From IMG/VR virus record IMGVR_UViG_3300014208_000025, positions 52,967-116,966 of that record: a stretch of DNA of 64,000 bases; one strand, given 5' to 3'. Positions 37,975-48,279 of the stretch are shown here, in pieces. Each line of letters starts with the position of its first letter. Position 1 is the stretch's first letter. The stretch comes from a virus. Lineage: Duplodnaviria > Heunggongvirae > Uroviricota > Caudoviricetes. The position numbers and the translations under genes are program-made. Under the pieces are notes generated by a model that searched no databases, was not told the DNA's origin, and saw only the letters and a list, made by a program, of their open reading frames with translations.

Positions 37975-40655
37975 CTTTTATTACTTCGGAGATTTCCGAG
38001 TACTTCATTAACAACACGTTGACGATGTTCGAAATCATCTTCTGGCCACGAACCATCTTTGTTTGGACCGGGAACTCTGCGTTTGATGTAACTTCTTAGG
38101 GGAGTGAATTGAGCCTGAATCATCGTTTCCCAATTACCGGATTCAAGGCTTTGAGTAACATTTGTTATACGAAATATGATATTTTTGTGACTATATGGTG
38201 CCGGTAGATTCTTTATGAGGAAGTATTGGAACGTTCGTAAACCACCAATACCCAAAAGCGTCAACTCCAATGTAATGTTTGGTTGAACCGCACAATATTT
38301 TTGATTATTGTCTTCATCTTTGTCATCCAACATTTGTCTTAACAATTGTTTTCCATCAGCTCCGGGCAAAACCAACTTGACGACTTCTTTTTTGCCTTTT
38401 CGGTCGGCCGAATTAAACGGTGGAACTGTGGAATCGTAAAAAGTCATTTGTAGTGAACCATCATCACTGTCGGCTTGGTTAAGAGTCTGAACCGATACAA
38501 CCGAATCGGCACGTTGATGGGCAGCCGTCGTCATTTTTTCAATATCATCTGATGGGTCTGTGGCGCTGGGTTTGGGCGGAGCATTTATCGCATCCCTATA
38601 ACCAAACGATATAGAGTCATCTTTATCAATAAACGAGTATTTAGAATCCTTATTATTGGCTCCTGCAAACATAGAACGAATTGCAACCGCGTTATTCAAT
38701 GTAGGTCGGAACTTGATTGATTTGATGATACTATCAGCATCTCCATAATCAAAAACATACATCAAATCGTCATTCGTCGTTTTTCCACTACGCAATTTTT
38801 TCAAGTTTCCAACGTATTTTCGGTCGGTAATGGTCATGGTGTTTTCAACTTCCACGAGGACCAAATCCCAAAACCCATCAACCGAATCCATTAGAAGTTG
38901 AAGTATGTCTTTGTAGATTTCCACAAATGTAGCAGGCGTAACATTCGGCGTCAACCCCTTTTCAACAGAGTCTTTGAAAGCTTCACAACTAATATAGATG
39001 TTGGAAAGAAGTCCGGAAAAATCCTTTTCTACAAAATTGCCGGACAAACCATTTGGACTATCTGGTAGTTGAACCTCCACATCCGATGGGAATGCCCACG
39101 AGCCCGGTGCAGCCCCCTTTACAGGAACCCAAAAATTTCGCATCATGTTTATTGGAGCATCCAAATCGTTTCTATAACATACCTTATTCAACGATTGATA
39201 CATCGTCGTTCGTAATGTTTCATCTGCCTTGGTATTAGCTGGGATTTCTTTAATGTATTGATTGCTGTAATCGGACTTCCCATCAGTTGAACCATATTTT
39301 GCCTTTCCCAACAACCCATAGTGATATTTCGGAGCCTGAGCGTTGGGTATCAGCACGCGGGAATCGCACGAAATCAGATTTGGATGTCCACCAATAACCG
39401 TGTTCATAATGTCAACTGTGAACATTGGTTTCGGGCCAGCGCCGGGCAACTTGGAAAAGTGGTTGAGTATTTCTATCGCCAACCCCATGTTAATCCAGAG
39501 GTTATTTATACCCTTATCTTGAACAGGTTTATCAAAATCTCCAGCAACAGGACTGCCAAAATCACCATACTCCGTTGGTGGCCTTCCTGAAAATACTCCG
39601 TGAACATAAGGGGTTCGCATTCCAATAACATCGGGGCCTCCGTTTAACAATAACGGAGTTAAAATGTCTTTCCAAATAACGTAATTTGGATTTTTGTCCG
39701 CCAACCCTATTATTTTTGTAAGTGGGTCGGCTGTATTTGATAAATCTTTGATTAGTCTCCATGTAGCATCATCTGAAAGAAACTCCTTGAGACTCTTAAA
39801 CTTACCACTTAAAGTATCGTTCTTTGAGTCGGTGTTGCTATTGATTATTAAAGACATGTTTTTAGCAATACCAGCATATAAACGGTCTTTGGAAGTGATT
39901 TCGGTTGAACAGATAATTTTGTTTCCTTCAATGTTGAAATTGAAATTACTAATGGTGCCGTAGATAACATCGTAATTGCCTCTCGAATTTAATATGTTAG
40001 TATAGAGTGGGGAAGCATTTTCCCACAAATCCATCAACTCTGATCTATCATATAAGGGAACTAATGAAATGGGATTAAAGTGATTCCACCCCCACTCCAA
40101 CATAACAGTGATTCCCGGTATCAAAAAATATGGGGTCATGTATTCCAACTGTTTCCAAGAAAAACACACCCATTCAACAGTAGCACGTCGGAAATATTCC
40201 TTCTGTATTATGGCTTCCATTCTGGATATTTCAGGAGTCGGTACATGAATTGGATAATTCCCATCCTTTGGAGTTATTAAAGAATTATCAATAATGTGAG
40301 GAACTCCAGAATCACCCTGATGAATTCCGGGAGTGTAACCAATAACTTGATAGGCTGGGTTTGTAGGCGTTGGTTGATTAAATCCGTAGGTCTTGTAGAA
40401 ACCCTTTCCACTATTGAACACAAAACGTGGATTTTTGAATTGTCCTTTTTCATCAACCGGCCCACCACTATTAGAGCACATGCGAATCCACGAAACCATA
40501 GGACCACGATATTTGTTCCAGTCACCATATTTACCCCAACTGGCGTTCGGATTTGAAACGGCAGAAAAGCTACGATTCACTTTCCGTCTTTCCAATTCAG
40601 ATTGTAATTCTGACGGGATATTATTGGGTTGCCAAGGTATGATTGGAGCAGACAT
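37971..40655 (-). CDS. Baseplate hub / tail-associated protein
   Basis: C-terminal LTLLGIGGLRTFQYF...FRITNVTQSLESGNWET; tail context. Confidence 0.65.
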   Translation of the reverse strand: MSAPIIPWQPNNIPSELQSELERRKVNRSFSAVSNPNASWGKYGDWNKYRGPMVSWIRMCSNSGGPVDEKGQFKNPRFVFNSGKGFYKTYGFNQPTPTNPAYQVIGYTPGIHQGDSGVPHIIDNSLITPKDGNYPIHVPTPEISRMEAIIQKEYFRRATVEWVCFSWKQLEYMTPYFLIPGITVMLEWGWNHFNPISLVPLYDRSELMDLWENASPLYTNILNSRGNYDVIYGTISNFNFNIEGNKIICSTEITSKDRLYAGIAKNMSLIINSNTDSKNDTLSGKFKSLKEFLSDDATWRLIKDLSNTADPLTKIIGLADKNPNYVIWKDILTPLLLNGGPDVIGMRTPYVHGVFSGRPPTEYGDFGSPVAGDFDKPVQDKGINNLWINMGLAIEILNHFSKLPGAGPKPMFTVDIMNTVIGGHPNLISCDSRVLIPNAQAPKYHYGLLGKAKYGSTDGKSDYSNQYIKEIPANTKADETLRTTMYQSLNKVCYRNDLDAPINMMRNFWVPVKGAAPGSWAFPSDVEVQLPDSPNGLSGNFVEKDFSGLLSNIYISCEAFKDSVEKGLTPNVTPATFVEIYKDILQLLMDSVDGFWDLVLVEVENTMTITDRKYVGNLKKLRSGKTTNDDLMYVFDYGDADSIIKSIKFRPTLNNAVAIRSMFAGANNKDSKYSFIDKDDSISFGYRDAINAPPKPSATDPSDDIEKMTTAAHQRADSVVSVQTLNQADSDDGSLQMTFYDSTVPPFNSADRKGKKEVVKLVLPGADGKQLLRQMLDDKDEDNNQKYCAVQPNITLELTLLGIGGLRTFQYFLIKNLPAPYSHKNIIFRITNVTQSLESGNWETMIQAQFTPLRSYIKRRVPGPNKDGSWPEDDFEHRQRVVNEVLGNLRSNKS

Positions 40656-40656
40656 T

Positions 40657-41373
40657 TTACGTTAATTCCTTTTTAGAAATTACATTATACAATTTTTTTC
40701 GTTGTTCATCATATCTCCAAAATTCAAACGGTTGAATTTCTTTCAATATAATATTCTGTCTATACACATCTTTCTTTTTTAGATTTCCAAAAACATCATA
40801 ATGATATGGTTCATCATATTCAAAAACGATATTTTTATGTTTATCATAACCATCTAAAAGATAACCTGCTACTTGATGTTCTTCAAAATTATTGTTCAGA
40901 GCATGTTTCAGATTCCAACCGTTTTTAATATTCAAACCATCTATAAAATCACAAGCAGTTTTACTATAAGACATAAGTTTTCCGTTAATCTTTGACCTAA
41001 CAAAATTCAAAGTTCTTTCTCTTAATTTTTTTCTATATTCATCAGATTTATGTATTTTTCTCATTCTTTCATTATAGTCTTTATTTTTCCACATCTTTTT
41101 ATGAGTTAAACTACATTTTTTTCTATAACTCAAAGATTTTAATATCATTAACATTTTATCTCTGTTTTCTTTCCACTGATTTTTTGCCTTTATTTTAGCA
41201 TTATTCTTAAATTGTTCGGTTTTCCATAAAGACCGGTCAATAACTTTTGAGGATTTTTTAGATGAGCAATTCCAACATAATGAATTTTTTTTGATAGCAA
41301 CCAAAAACGAACGTTTATATGAATACGTCTGTTCACTCCCACATTTAGGACATGTTTTTGTAAACTCGTTCAT
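40657..41373 (-). CDS. Homing-endonuclease-like protein (Zn ribbon + PD-(D/E)xK-like)
   Basis: CPKC..CWNC; LDGYDKHKNIVFEYDEPYH. Confidence 0.7.
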   Translation of the reverse strand: MNEFTKTCPKCGSEQTYSYKRSFLVAIKKNSLCWNCSSKKSSKVIDRSLWKTEQFKNNAKIKAKNQWKENRDKMLMILKSLSYRKKCSLTHKKMWKNKDYNERMRKIHKSDEYRKKLRERTLNFVRSKINGKLMSYSKTACDFIDGLNIKNGWNLKHALNNNFEEHQVAGYLLDGYDKHKNIVFEYDEPYHYDVFGNLKKKDVYRQNIILKEIQPFEFWRYDEQRKKLYNVISKKELT

Positions 41374-41378
41374 ATAAC

Positions 41379-41675
41379 TTATTTATTAATTTGATGAAAT
41401 TGGACCAAAATTTCGTTTATGTTGGCCGAAATTCTTAGTTGTAAACCGGGCGGCACGCTCATCCGAGCTTTGCCGAGATTGTTTGCCAACGCAATGACCC
41501 ACCACAACGTAGGGTCGCCGTAATACTTATAGGCGAGTGAATCTAAATAGTCGCCTTCGTTGGATATGACTATAGTATCACTAGGACTTGCGTTGATTTG
41601 TGGATATTGAGTTGTGGTGTAAACTCGTTTTCCATCAAATCGTTGCATCATTGGTGTTGACTCGTATCGTTTCAT
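41379..41675 (-). CDS. LysM/gpX-like baseplate protein
   Basis: EGDYLDSLAYKYYGDPTLWWVIALAN. Confidence 0.85.
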   Translation of the reverse strand: MKRYESTPMMQRFDGKRVYTTTQYPQINASPSDTIVISNEGDYLDSLAYKYYGDPTLWWVIALANNLGKARMSVPPGLQLRISANINEILVQFHQINK

Positions 41676-41677
41676 GA

Positions 41678-43762
41678 TTATCCCTCGGTTGTGACTATTG
41701 CAGCATCAAATTGTGTTACATTAGGCAAATATGGTTCGTTCCCTGTGACAAAGATGTTGGAATCCGTATCCGATGTAGGAGCATGTCCAAAATGAGAACC
41801 TCCAACAACCGCTCGTTCCTTTTCAAGCAGATTACACGAAATAGCAATTTCTGCCTCTCTTGGAAACTGAGCATACTTTTTACCGATGTTAGGAGAACGA
41901 ATGATGCCGTTCAAGTATGACCACTTCTCAGAATTAAGTTCGGTCAAGGTTTCCCATGCAGCATCATCTGGAATATTGACATTGATGGAGGTAATGACAA
42001 TCGGTTGAAATTTATACATGTCACCAATGGTCAACATAAACATCGGTGGCACAATGAAACGACTGTAGCGGTTATCCCCAAACTTGGCTCCGGTGGTATA
42101 GTTTGATGGTTTGACCGCTGACGCCATGTAGTTCACTTTCTTCCAAGTCGGTAGCAACTCAATCAGACTTGAAATCACGATGTTGAAGGTGAATGACAAC
42201 GTGCGACTGAATCCGTTGTAGGAATACAGTTGGTCAGCCCGACCGATGAAACGAAGTTCATCCCAGAATGCGGTGCCGCCTTCGGAGATACCCTTGACGG
42301 TGGCACGAAACGGAATGTATTTCTGATTAACGACATCATAGAAAAAGAAGGCTATCAAGTCGTCTTCGTATGGTTTGTATTCCGTGTAGTTGGGGTATTC
42401 CTTACTAGCAGCAAACTTTTTATCCTTCCCGATAACACCGATTTGATTCAAAGCATCCGATGTAAAACTGGTTGCCATGCGAATGGTATTGGTTGGGGAA
42501 ACACTACGGTCAACGGTTCGTGGCGTGTTTCTTACTCGGTCATATTCAAGTAGGGCATTATTCTTTATAGGGTCAATACTATTGTAACCCATGAAATCAG
42601 GAGTGTTCTTTGGAAACGACATCAACTTGGAATTGATATCTGTTTCAGCCGTATAGGTGACGCTCAGTTTTGGATTGAATCTGTCCAACACTTTTTGGAG
42701 AGCTGTATTGACTTGGGCAATTCGTTCCGATTGAGTATCGTCAAACTTGGATTCGTATTTTCTACGGCTGGTGGAATACTCGGTGTGTAATGGAACGATG
42801 GTTTGAATGGTTGAAGTTCCCGACGCATCCTTCTTGTAAAGAGCGTTGGGGTAATACTTGACAGTCAAAGCAACAACACTTCCATACTTGTCATAGTAAT
42901 CCAACTTGCCTTTGCTGTCACGCATGATTTTGTAACTAGCATCATCACCACGATATTTGGTACCTGACTGACTTGGAGCACCCCCAAAATAAGATTGAAA
43001 CGTTCCTTTAATGGATTCAAACAAACCTTGTAACCCCAACGATGGAACGGCTCCACCTTTCCATTTAAGGTCAAACTTGGTGGTAGCTGACTTCGCTCCA
43101 CCACCACGAATCAAACCTTTAGCTTGACCGATGGCTTCTTTGGAAAGAACTGACGTGGCCGTATCCGTGGTTGATTTTCCGTAATCGGTTGTGCTTTGAG
43201 GCGTTGCAAAGCCCGATTCAAAACTGATACCAATACTTGACGCTAAGGAGTTTACTATGCCGGTTAGAATGTTTCCTTCAATATGTCTGCGTGGATGGTC
43301 GCCCAATCCCAAAGTGGCCGATTGAACAACGGCGAGGATTGGAGAAAGTGGATTATACATCCGAGTTTCATCAAAAAGATTCATCCGTTGCAGACCGAAC
43401 TGTTTAGCATTGTAAAGAATTCCTTGTGGGGAAACTGTAAACTTTGCCACCCGTACTGTATCATCTATGACTTCGGGAATGTTTACAGCGGAGGCCAACG
43501 TTTTGGCAATCGTCGGCAAACGATTGAATGCAGAATTCTGTGCTGCGTCGGGGTAACGATAGATGAATGGTTGCTTGTTTGGAAAGACACCAAAGATGTT
43601 ATCCCCTTGGGTATAAGGCGAGAAACGATGCCACAAGTTTTCCTTGTTATATTGCCACAACAGACTAATCTTGCCCGGACCCGGAACGGTGGGATAGTTC
43701 GGGGGAACATTCTTCACCTTTTCAGGGAATCCTACGACTGAGTTGATTTGGTCAATTCTCAT
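41678..43762 (-). CDS. Baseplate/tail-tube initiator protein (gp48/gp54-like C-domain)
   Basis: FRATVKGISE...W....IGRADQLYSYNGFSRTLSFTF; start at TAATG overlap. Confidence 0.65.
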   Translation of the reverse strand: MRIDQINSVVGFPEKVKNVPPNYPTVPGPGKISLLWQYNKENLWHRFSPYTQGDNIFGVFPNKQPFIYRYPDAAQNSAFNRLPTIAKTLASAVNIPEVIDDTVRVAKFTVSPQGILYNAKQFGLQRMNLFDETRMYNPLSPILAVVQSATLGLGDHPRRHIEGNILTGIVNSLASSIGISFESGFATPQSTTDYGKSTTDTATSVLSKEAIGQAKGLIRGGGAKSATTKFDLKWKGGAVPSLGLQGLFESIKGTFQSYFGGAPSQSGTKYRGDDASYKIMRDSKGKLDYYDKYGSVVALTVKYYPNALYKKDASGTSTIQTIVPLHTEYSTSRRKYESKFDDTQSERIAQVNTALQKVLDRFNPKLSVTYTAETDINSKLMSFPKNTPDFMGYNSIDPIKNNALLEYDRVRNTPRTVDRSVSPTNTIRMATSFTSDALNQIGVIGKDKKFAASKEYPNYTEYKPYEDDLIAFFFYDVVNQKYIPFRATVKGISEGGTAFWDELRFIGRADQLYSYNGFSRTLSFTFNIVISSLIELLPTWKKVNYMASAVKPSNYTTGAKFGDNRYSRFIVPPMFMLTIGDMYKFQPIVITSINVNIPDDAAWETLTELNSEKWSYLNGIIRSPNIGKKYAQFPREAEIAISCNLLEKERAVVGGSHFGHAPTSDTDSNIFVTGNEPYLPNVTQFDAAIVTTEG

Positions 43763-44343
43763 TAAACGATATTGCTCCACATTCGGTCAACAGAGTTAAA
43801 TCTCCAAAACCGTTTTGGCTTTAGGACACTGATTATTTTTTGTTGCCTTAACAAATCTTTTGTCTTTTGTTGTAACCCAAAATGATATTTAGTATCAAAC
43901 TCCAAGACCGTTCCATTTCGACGGTCGTAACCATCAACATAAAACAAATCATTTTCAGTTTTAATTGAGTAATTTGGTTCAAAGTTAAACCCCAATTTAT
44001 TCCATTTTTCTAACAATTCCAATTGACCAACATCACACTTTACTTTTAACCATTTAGAAGCAAACAACGCATCTATATGTTTCTTCCGAACATCTGGCCT
44101 GTGCATTGCTTTTTTAACTAACAGAGAAGTTTTTTGACGATTCATTTCATTACCATAAAATTTGGTTTGGGCGCAAGATTGACCGAGAATATATTGAATA
44201 TTCGTTTTTCTCTTTATAGCTATTTGTTTGTTGGCACAAAAATTACATACTCTGTTTTTTGAACATGCGTCATTGTAATGCCCACGATGTCTATAAACTA
44301 ACATTCTTGGGCAATTAGGACATTTTCGTGTAAATTGTTTCAT
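43762..44343 (-). CDS. Homing-endonuclease-like protein (same family as 40657-41373)
   Basis: CPNC..CNFC; VDGYDRRNGTVLEFDTKYH. Confidence 0.7.
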   Translation of the reverse strand: MKQFTRKCPNCPRMLVYRHRGHYNDACSKNRVCNFCANKQIAIKRKTNIQYILGQSCAQTKFYGNEMNRQKTSLLVKKAMHRPDVRKKHIDALFASKWLKVKCDVGQLELLEKWNKLGFNFEPNYSIKTENDLFYVDGYDRRNGTVLEFDTKYHFGLQQKTKDLLRQQKIISVLKPKRFWRFNSVDRMWSNIV

Positions 44344-44356
44344 ACATCAATAAGTA

Positions 44357-46828
44357 TTACACCAACGCTCCTCGGAACTCTAAAGCTCTACCGGTGGCTA
44401 CATCAATTCTTTGACCGTCAATACTAACGACCGCTCTTAAATTTCCACTAGCAAATCCAGCCGTCAATTTATCAATCGCTCCAACCACCATATCCAATTT
44501 CTTCAACACTTCTTCGTTGGATGGAATGATGGTTGATTTGATGTCGTTGGCTCTAATGGCCGAATCTGGAGCCGAAGTAACTTTATCAGCCGTAACAGTC
44601 GGTCTTACAATATTCCCGACCGCAGTTCCGATGTTCTTAAACAGACCACCAACAAACGGTATCTCTTTTATGAGATTCCATGCCATTTTGAAGGGTGATA
44701 CCAACAGATTGATAAGCATGGATTGAACGGCTTCCAATCCTTTGACAATCAGCAAGCCAAGGGTACTAGGAGATTGACCCAAAAACCATTTTCCAAGCCA
44801 AGCCCAAAAATCCTTAAACGGTTGTGCCAATGCTCCGAATATTGCGTTGCCCGCCGAAGCAAGACCTTTTACGATGGCTCCCGGCAAACCGAAAAACAAA
44901 TCATTGATGGTCGTCCACAACGCTCTGACCACTGCACCGATGGCTCTAAGTATCAATTTTCCATTGAACGCGAGAAACCCTTTCGTTCCCATCAACACGG
45001 GGTCATTCAATATCTTTCGTATCTCTTTCCAGATGTTGATGACAAAGAATAACGGGGCCAACATCTTGAAAATCTTACCAGCCCAACCCCCAAGGGTTTT
45101 AAGAATTCCGGATGTAAGACCACTCATTTTGGCAACAAATCCCGTTGCTTTTCCAAACTTACTTCCGATACTTGTCAACCTAAGTCCGAGATTTGTTACC
45201 CACGTCCAATTCTTTGCCGCTCCAATATAACCAACAAGTTTGCCTACATACGACAGAGTTTTTCCCATCAAAGAAAAAACACCAGCAATTGGAATGCTTA
45301 GGGCCAAAATAGTACCAAGGTTGTTGGCAACAAAACCAAGAATCTCATCAATGTATGGAAGAAATCTTTCACTTAACTGCATAACAATTTTATTCCACGA
45401 TTGAGATATTGAAGTCAAACGACTTTGATTCGCTTGAGCTGTAAGTTGATTACGAACTATTTCTCCATAATTTTTAGCTTGAGATGCGGTAGCCTTAGCT
45501 ATATCATCCTGTAACTTCTTACGAGCTTTTAAGGCCGGGTCTTTGTTTAGAGCCTTTTCAATTTCAGCTCGTTCTTTATCTGCCAACAACATAGCCTGAA
45601 CTTCTTCCACACTTTTACCGAGAGCTACCGCGATGCTCTGTTTTGTAAACAAATCACGTTCGTCAAAACGAGATGCCTTTGCAAGTCTCAACAACTCCTT
45701 TTGTAATCCAATATTATCCCCAGCATAGGCTAAATCACGAGCTCGCTGAAGATTCAACGATTCTCCCATCAATACCGATGCTTCCATTTCGGCCACGACG
45801 CTTTTTTGGAAATCTACCAACGATTCGGCGGATTTTGCTGTGGATTGAAGAGACGTTCCTAATTTTTTCGCTTCAATTGCTGCCTTTATGAGTTGAATTG
45901 GAGTTCGTGACAAGAACCTCAAACTGTTTGCTGATGCAGTTGCCACATCCTGCATTACTTCACCCAGATTTGTGCCGGAAACATCTGACGCATATTGGGT
46001 AAACAACAACATGTTTCGTTGAGCCGCCATCGTAGTTCCGCCGACCATGCCCATCGTTTTTAGAAACTCAGCAGAAGTTTTCTCTGCAATACCAACTTGA
46101 GCTGCCATGATAGACATGTCAACACCCAACTCTTTAGTAACACCACGAGTCGTTCCAATCACACTCGCTACAGCTATCTGTGAATCGTAAAAATTCTTTG
46201 CAGTTACTCCAATGTTGGCAAATTCAACTGCGACCGCTCTTGCATCTTCGGTTATTTTTTGAGTAAAGGGTCTTGTTGCACCCATCGCTTTTCTAAATTC
46301 CCAAGCGGATTCATCCAGTTTTACGAAGACCTCAAAAATCTTTTTGAACAAATCCAAGACTATTGTAGCTACAGCTAACATTGGATTTGTTTTTAACAAT
46401 CCGAACAACGTTCTTGTTTTGGTTAATACACCACCAATTCCAGTATTCCCTGCTAACGTCATCCAACCCGATTTTACTAGATTTGTTTTAGCTAGATTGT
46501 CTGCTTGTAACTTGGTGAAGGCCGCCAAGTTGGCTTTAGCCTCAATCATTTTTACCAACGAATCATTTGTAACAGCATTGCCTGTTTTCAACCGGTTTAT
46601 GATGGTTGCTCTCGCATCTAAAACCTTTTTCTCTAGTTTTGCCTCTTCGGTGAGATTTCCCAACGCATCTTTTTGAGTGGCCAAAATCTTCCGTTCTATG
46701 CTCAAAACCGCTGATGCTTGGGTTAGAAGGGCGGGGTCTTTCTTCAAATCCACAATTTTGTTAAGTTCCTCAGCAATGTTGCGTGAAAGTTCCAGTTCTT
46801 CTTTTAATGTTGGTATTGGTGATGCCAT
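44357..46828 (-). CDS. Tape measure protein
   Basis: 823 aa helical Ala/Leu/Gly-rich, W/F-punctuated C-terminal half, ends AVVSIDGQRI; downstream of chaperones. Confidence 0.8.
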   Translation of the reverse strand: MASPIPTLKEELELSRNIAEELNKIVDLKKDPALLTQASAVLSIERKILATQKDALGNLTEEAKLEKKVLDARATIINRLKTGNAVTNDSLVKMIEAKANLAAFTKLQADNLAKTNLVKSGWMTLAGNTGIGGVLTKTRTLFGLLKTNPMLAVATIVLDLFKKIFEVFVKLDESAWEFRKAMGATRPFTQKITEDARAVAVEFANIGVTAKNFYDSQIAVASVIGTTRGVTKELGVDMSIMAAQVGIAEKTSAEFLKTMGMVGGTTMAAQRNMLLFTQYASDVSGTNLGEVMQDVATASANSLRFLSRTPIQLIKAAIEAKKLGTSLQSTAKSAESLVDFQKSVVAEMEASVLMGESLNLQRARDLAYAGDNIGLQKELLRLAKASRFDERDLFTKQSIAVALGKSVEEVQAMLLADKERAEIEKALNKDPALKARKKLQDDIAKATASQAKNYGEIVRNQLTAQANQSRLTSISQSWNKIVMQLSERFLPYIDEILGFVANNLGTILALSIPIAGVFSLMGKTLSYVGKLVGYIGAAKNWTWVTNLGLRLTSIGSKFGKATGFVAKMSGLTSGILKTLGGWAGKIFKMLAPLFFVINIWKEIRKILNDPVLMGTKGFLAFNGKLILRAIGAVVRALWTTINDLFFGLPGAIVKGLASAGNAIFGALAQPFKDFWAWLGKWFLGQSPSTLGLLIVKGLEAVQSMLINLLVSPFKMAWNLIKEIPFVGGLFKNIGTAVGNIVRPTVTADKVTSAPDSAIRANDIKSTIIPSNEEVLKKLDMVVGAIDKLTAGFASGNLRAVVSIDGQRIDVATGRALEFRGALV

Positions 46829-46888
46829 ACAGGTTTTCTATTATCTATAAATAGTGGGAAGTGGAAGGATTTGATGCCGTTTTTAAGA

Positions 46889-46916
46889 TTGACAAACGAA
46901 TCTGTTGATGTATAAT
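46889..46916 (+). promoter_or_regulatory. Consensus sigma70 promoter, apparently leaderless
   Basis: TTGACA-N16-TATAAT-N6-ATG(46923). Confidence 0.8.
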
Positions 46917-46922
46917 ATGACT

Positions 46923-47135
46923 ATGTTAGCTTTACTTCAACTTATTGGAATCGTTTTGGGTGTTGCCCTCATCGTTCTTTATTTCCATTCGTGTCTGTTT
47001 GGAACGTGGAAAGAAAACTTTTCCAAAGATGGTTTGAAAAAACATGCGAAAGATTTAGGCATCTTTCTCGTTATTGGTGCAGCGTTAATGGTGGGGTGGG
47101 AAATTGTAAAATCCACCTTTTCCAAAAAGAAATAG
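46923..47135 (+). CDS. Small two-TM membrane protein, antisense to tail module
   Basis: Two hydrophobic helices, basic tail; own promoter. Confidence 0.7.
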   Translation: MLALLQLIGIVLGVALIVLYFHSCLFGTWKENFSKDGLKKHAKDLGIFLVIGAALMVGWEIVKSTFSKKK

Positions 47136-47136
47136 G

Positions 47137-47412
47137 TCATTTCTTGCTAACCGTTGGTTTCGGAGCGACCCTTGGGGTTGACGACGGGCCATCTTCGCCT
47201 CTACTATCACTCGATTGTTTGGCTTCCCTTTCCTTCTGTTCAATCAACATTTTGATGTTGAAGTAACGAAGAAACACCGGCATGGAATAGATTTCATCGT
47301 GGGTGAAGCCACCATTGGCGTTGTAAACCAAGTGGAAGATTTCTTGATGAATCCGAAACTTATCCTCAGGCGTCAATGTCAGGCCATAGAAAGGAAACCC
47401 CAATCGGGACAT
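47137..47412 (-). CDS. Tail/baseplate assembly chaperone, downstream ORF (possible frameshift extension)
   Basis: FYGLT...IHQEIFHLVY...GGFTHDEIYSMPVFLRYF; overlaps upstream ORF in +1 frame. Confidence 0.65.
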   Translation of the reverse strand: MSRLGFPFYGLTLTPEDKFRIHQEIFHLVYNANGGFTHDEIYSMPVFLRYFNIKMLIEQKEREAKQSSDSRGEDGPSSTPRVAPKPTVSKK

Positions 47413-48220
47413 CACTTCTCCTTTCATATGTGCATTCGCTACATTTGAAATCGAATGACATATCAATATCAGGATTGTGTTCCCTCATGTGTTTTCTCAA
47501 AGCGAGACTGTCTTTGGCGGATAGTTGCGGTGAATCAACGAACTTACGGATGGCTGCCCTATCTGAATTGCCGTTGACGGAAGTAAGTAAAAACTTGAGT
47601 CGGGTGGTAAGGTCGGAAGAAGAATCCTTTGACAATCTCTTGAGTTGGATGAGTTCCGATTCAATTCCCGATTCATCATTTTGACAAAGAAGTTTGTAGG
47701 TCAAATCAATCCCCGATGGAGTTTTGAAATCAAATGAGTTGACACCCTTTTGGTGTTCATCAAAATTGAATGGTTTGGAGTTAAGTTCGGCAAGGTTAAT
47801 CTTCACCTTGTTTTGTGCATTACATTGAGGACAGGTAATGGTTACAGGATAATCGTCACCGTAAGCCAATCTACGAATGGCAATGAAAATGGCGTTCTTG
47901 TCAGGCACTAGAATGTCAGAAATTTTGATATCTTTGTTGACCAGCAACGATTCGAGAAGTTTATCCAATACCTTGCCCTTTTTGATTAGTTCTTGGTTGG
48001 CCAGAATGTCTTCTTCCTTAGCCGTCATCTGTTTAATTTCGATTTCCCCGGTCGCCAATGGGTGTCCTTCGGGATAAAACCAACCCTTCGTTGGTAGGGG
48101 AACAACTTCAGTTGGATACTTGACTTCTTGTTTTTGGGAAGCAACAGTTGCAGCATTAGCTACAAAGTCGGGAATGGCAATAGTGGGCCTCTTAATTGGA
48201 ATATTTTCGTTGGTTGACAT
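47366..48220 (-). CDS. Baseplate hub / tail assembly chaperone (gp26-like)
   Basis: VVPLPTKGWFYP, MTAKEEDIL, IRRLAYG, CPQC, CSEC, FLWP. Confidence 0.75.
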   Translation of the reverse strand: MSTNENIPIKRPTIAIPDFVANAATVASQKQEVKYPTEVVPLPTKGWFYPEGHPLATGEIEIKQMTAKEEDILANQELIKKGKVLDKLLESLLVNKDIKISDILVPDKNAIFIAIRRLAYGDDYPVTITCPQCNAQNKVKINLAELNSKPFNFDEHQKGVNSFDFKTPSGIDLTYKLLCQNDESGIESELIQLKRLSKDSSSDLTTRLKFLLTSVNGNSDRAAIRKFVDSPQLSAKDSLALRKHMREHNPDIDMSFDFKCSECTYERRSDVPIGVSFLWPDIDA

Positions 48221-48279
48221 AACAGTTCTATTAATCTTTCATGACCATACATAGAAAGATAAGAAGATTTTTCCTTTTT

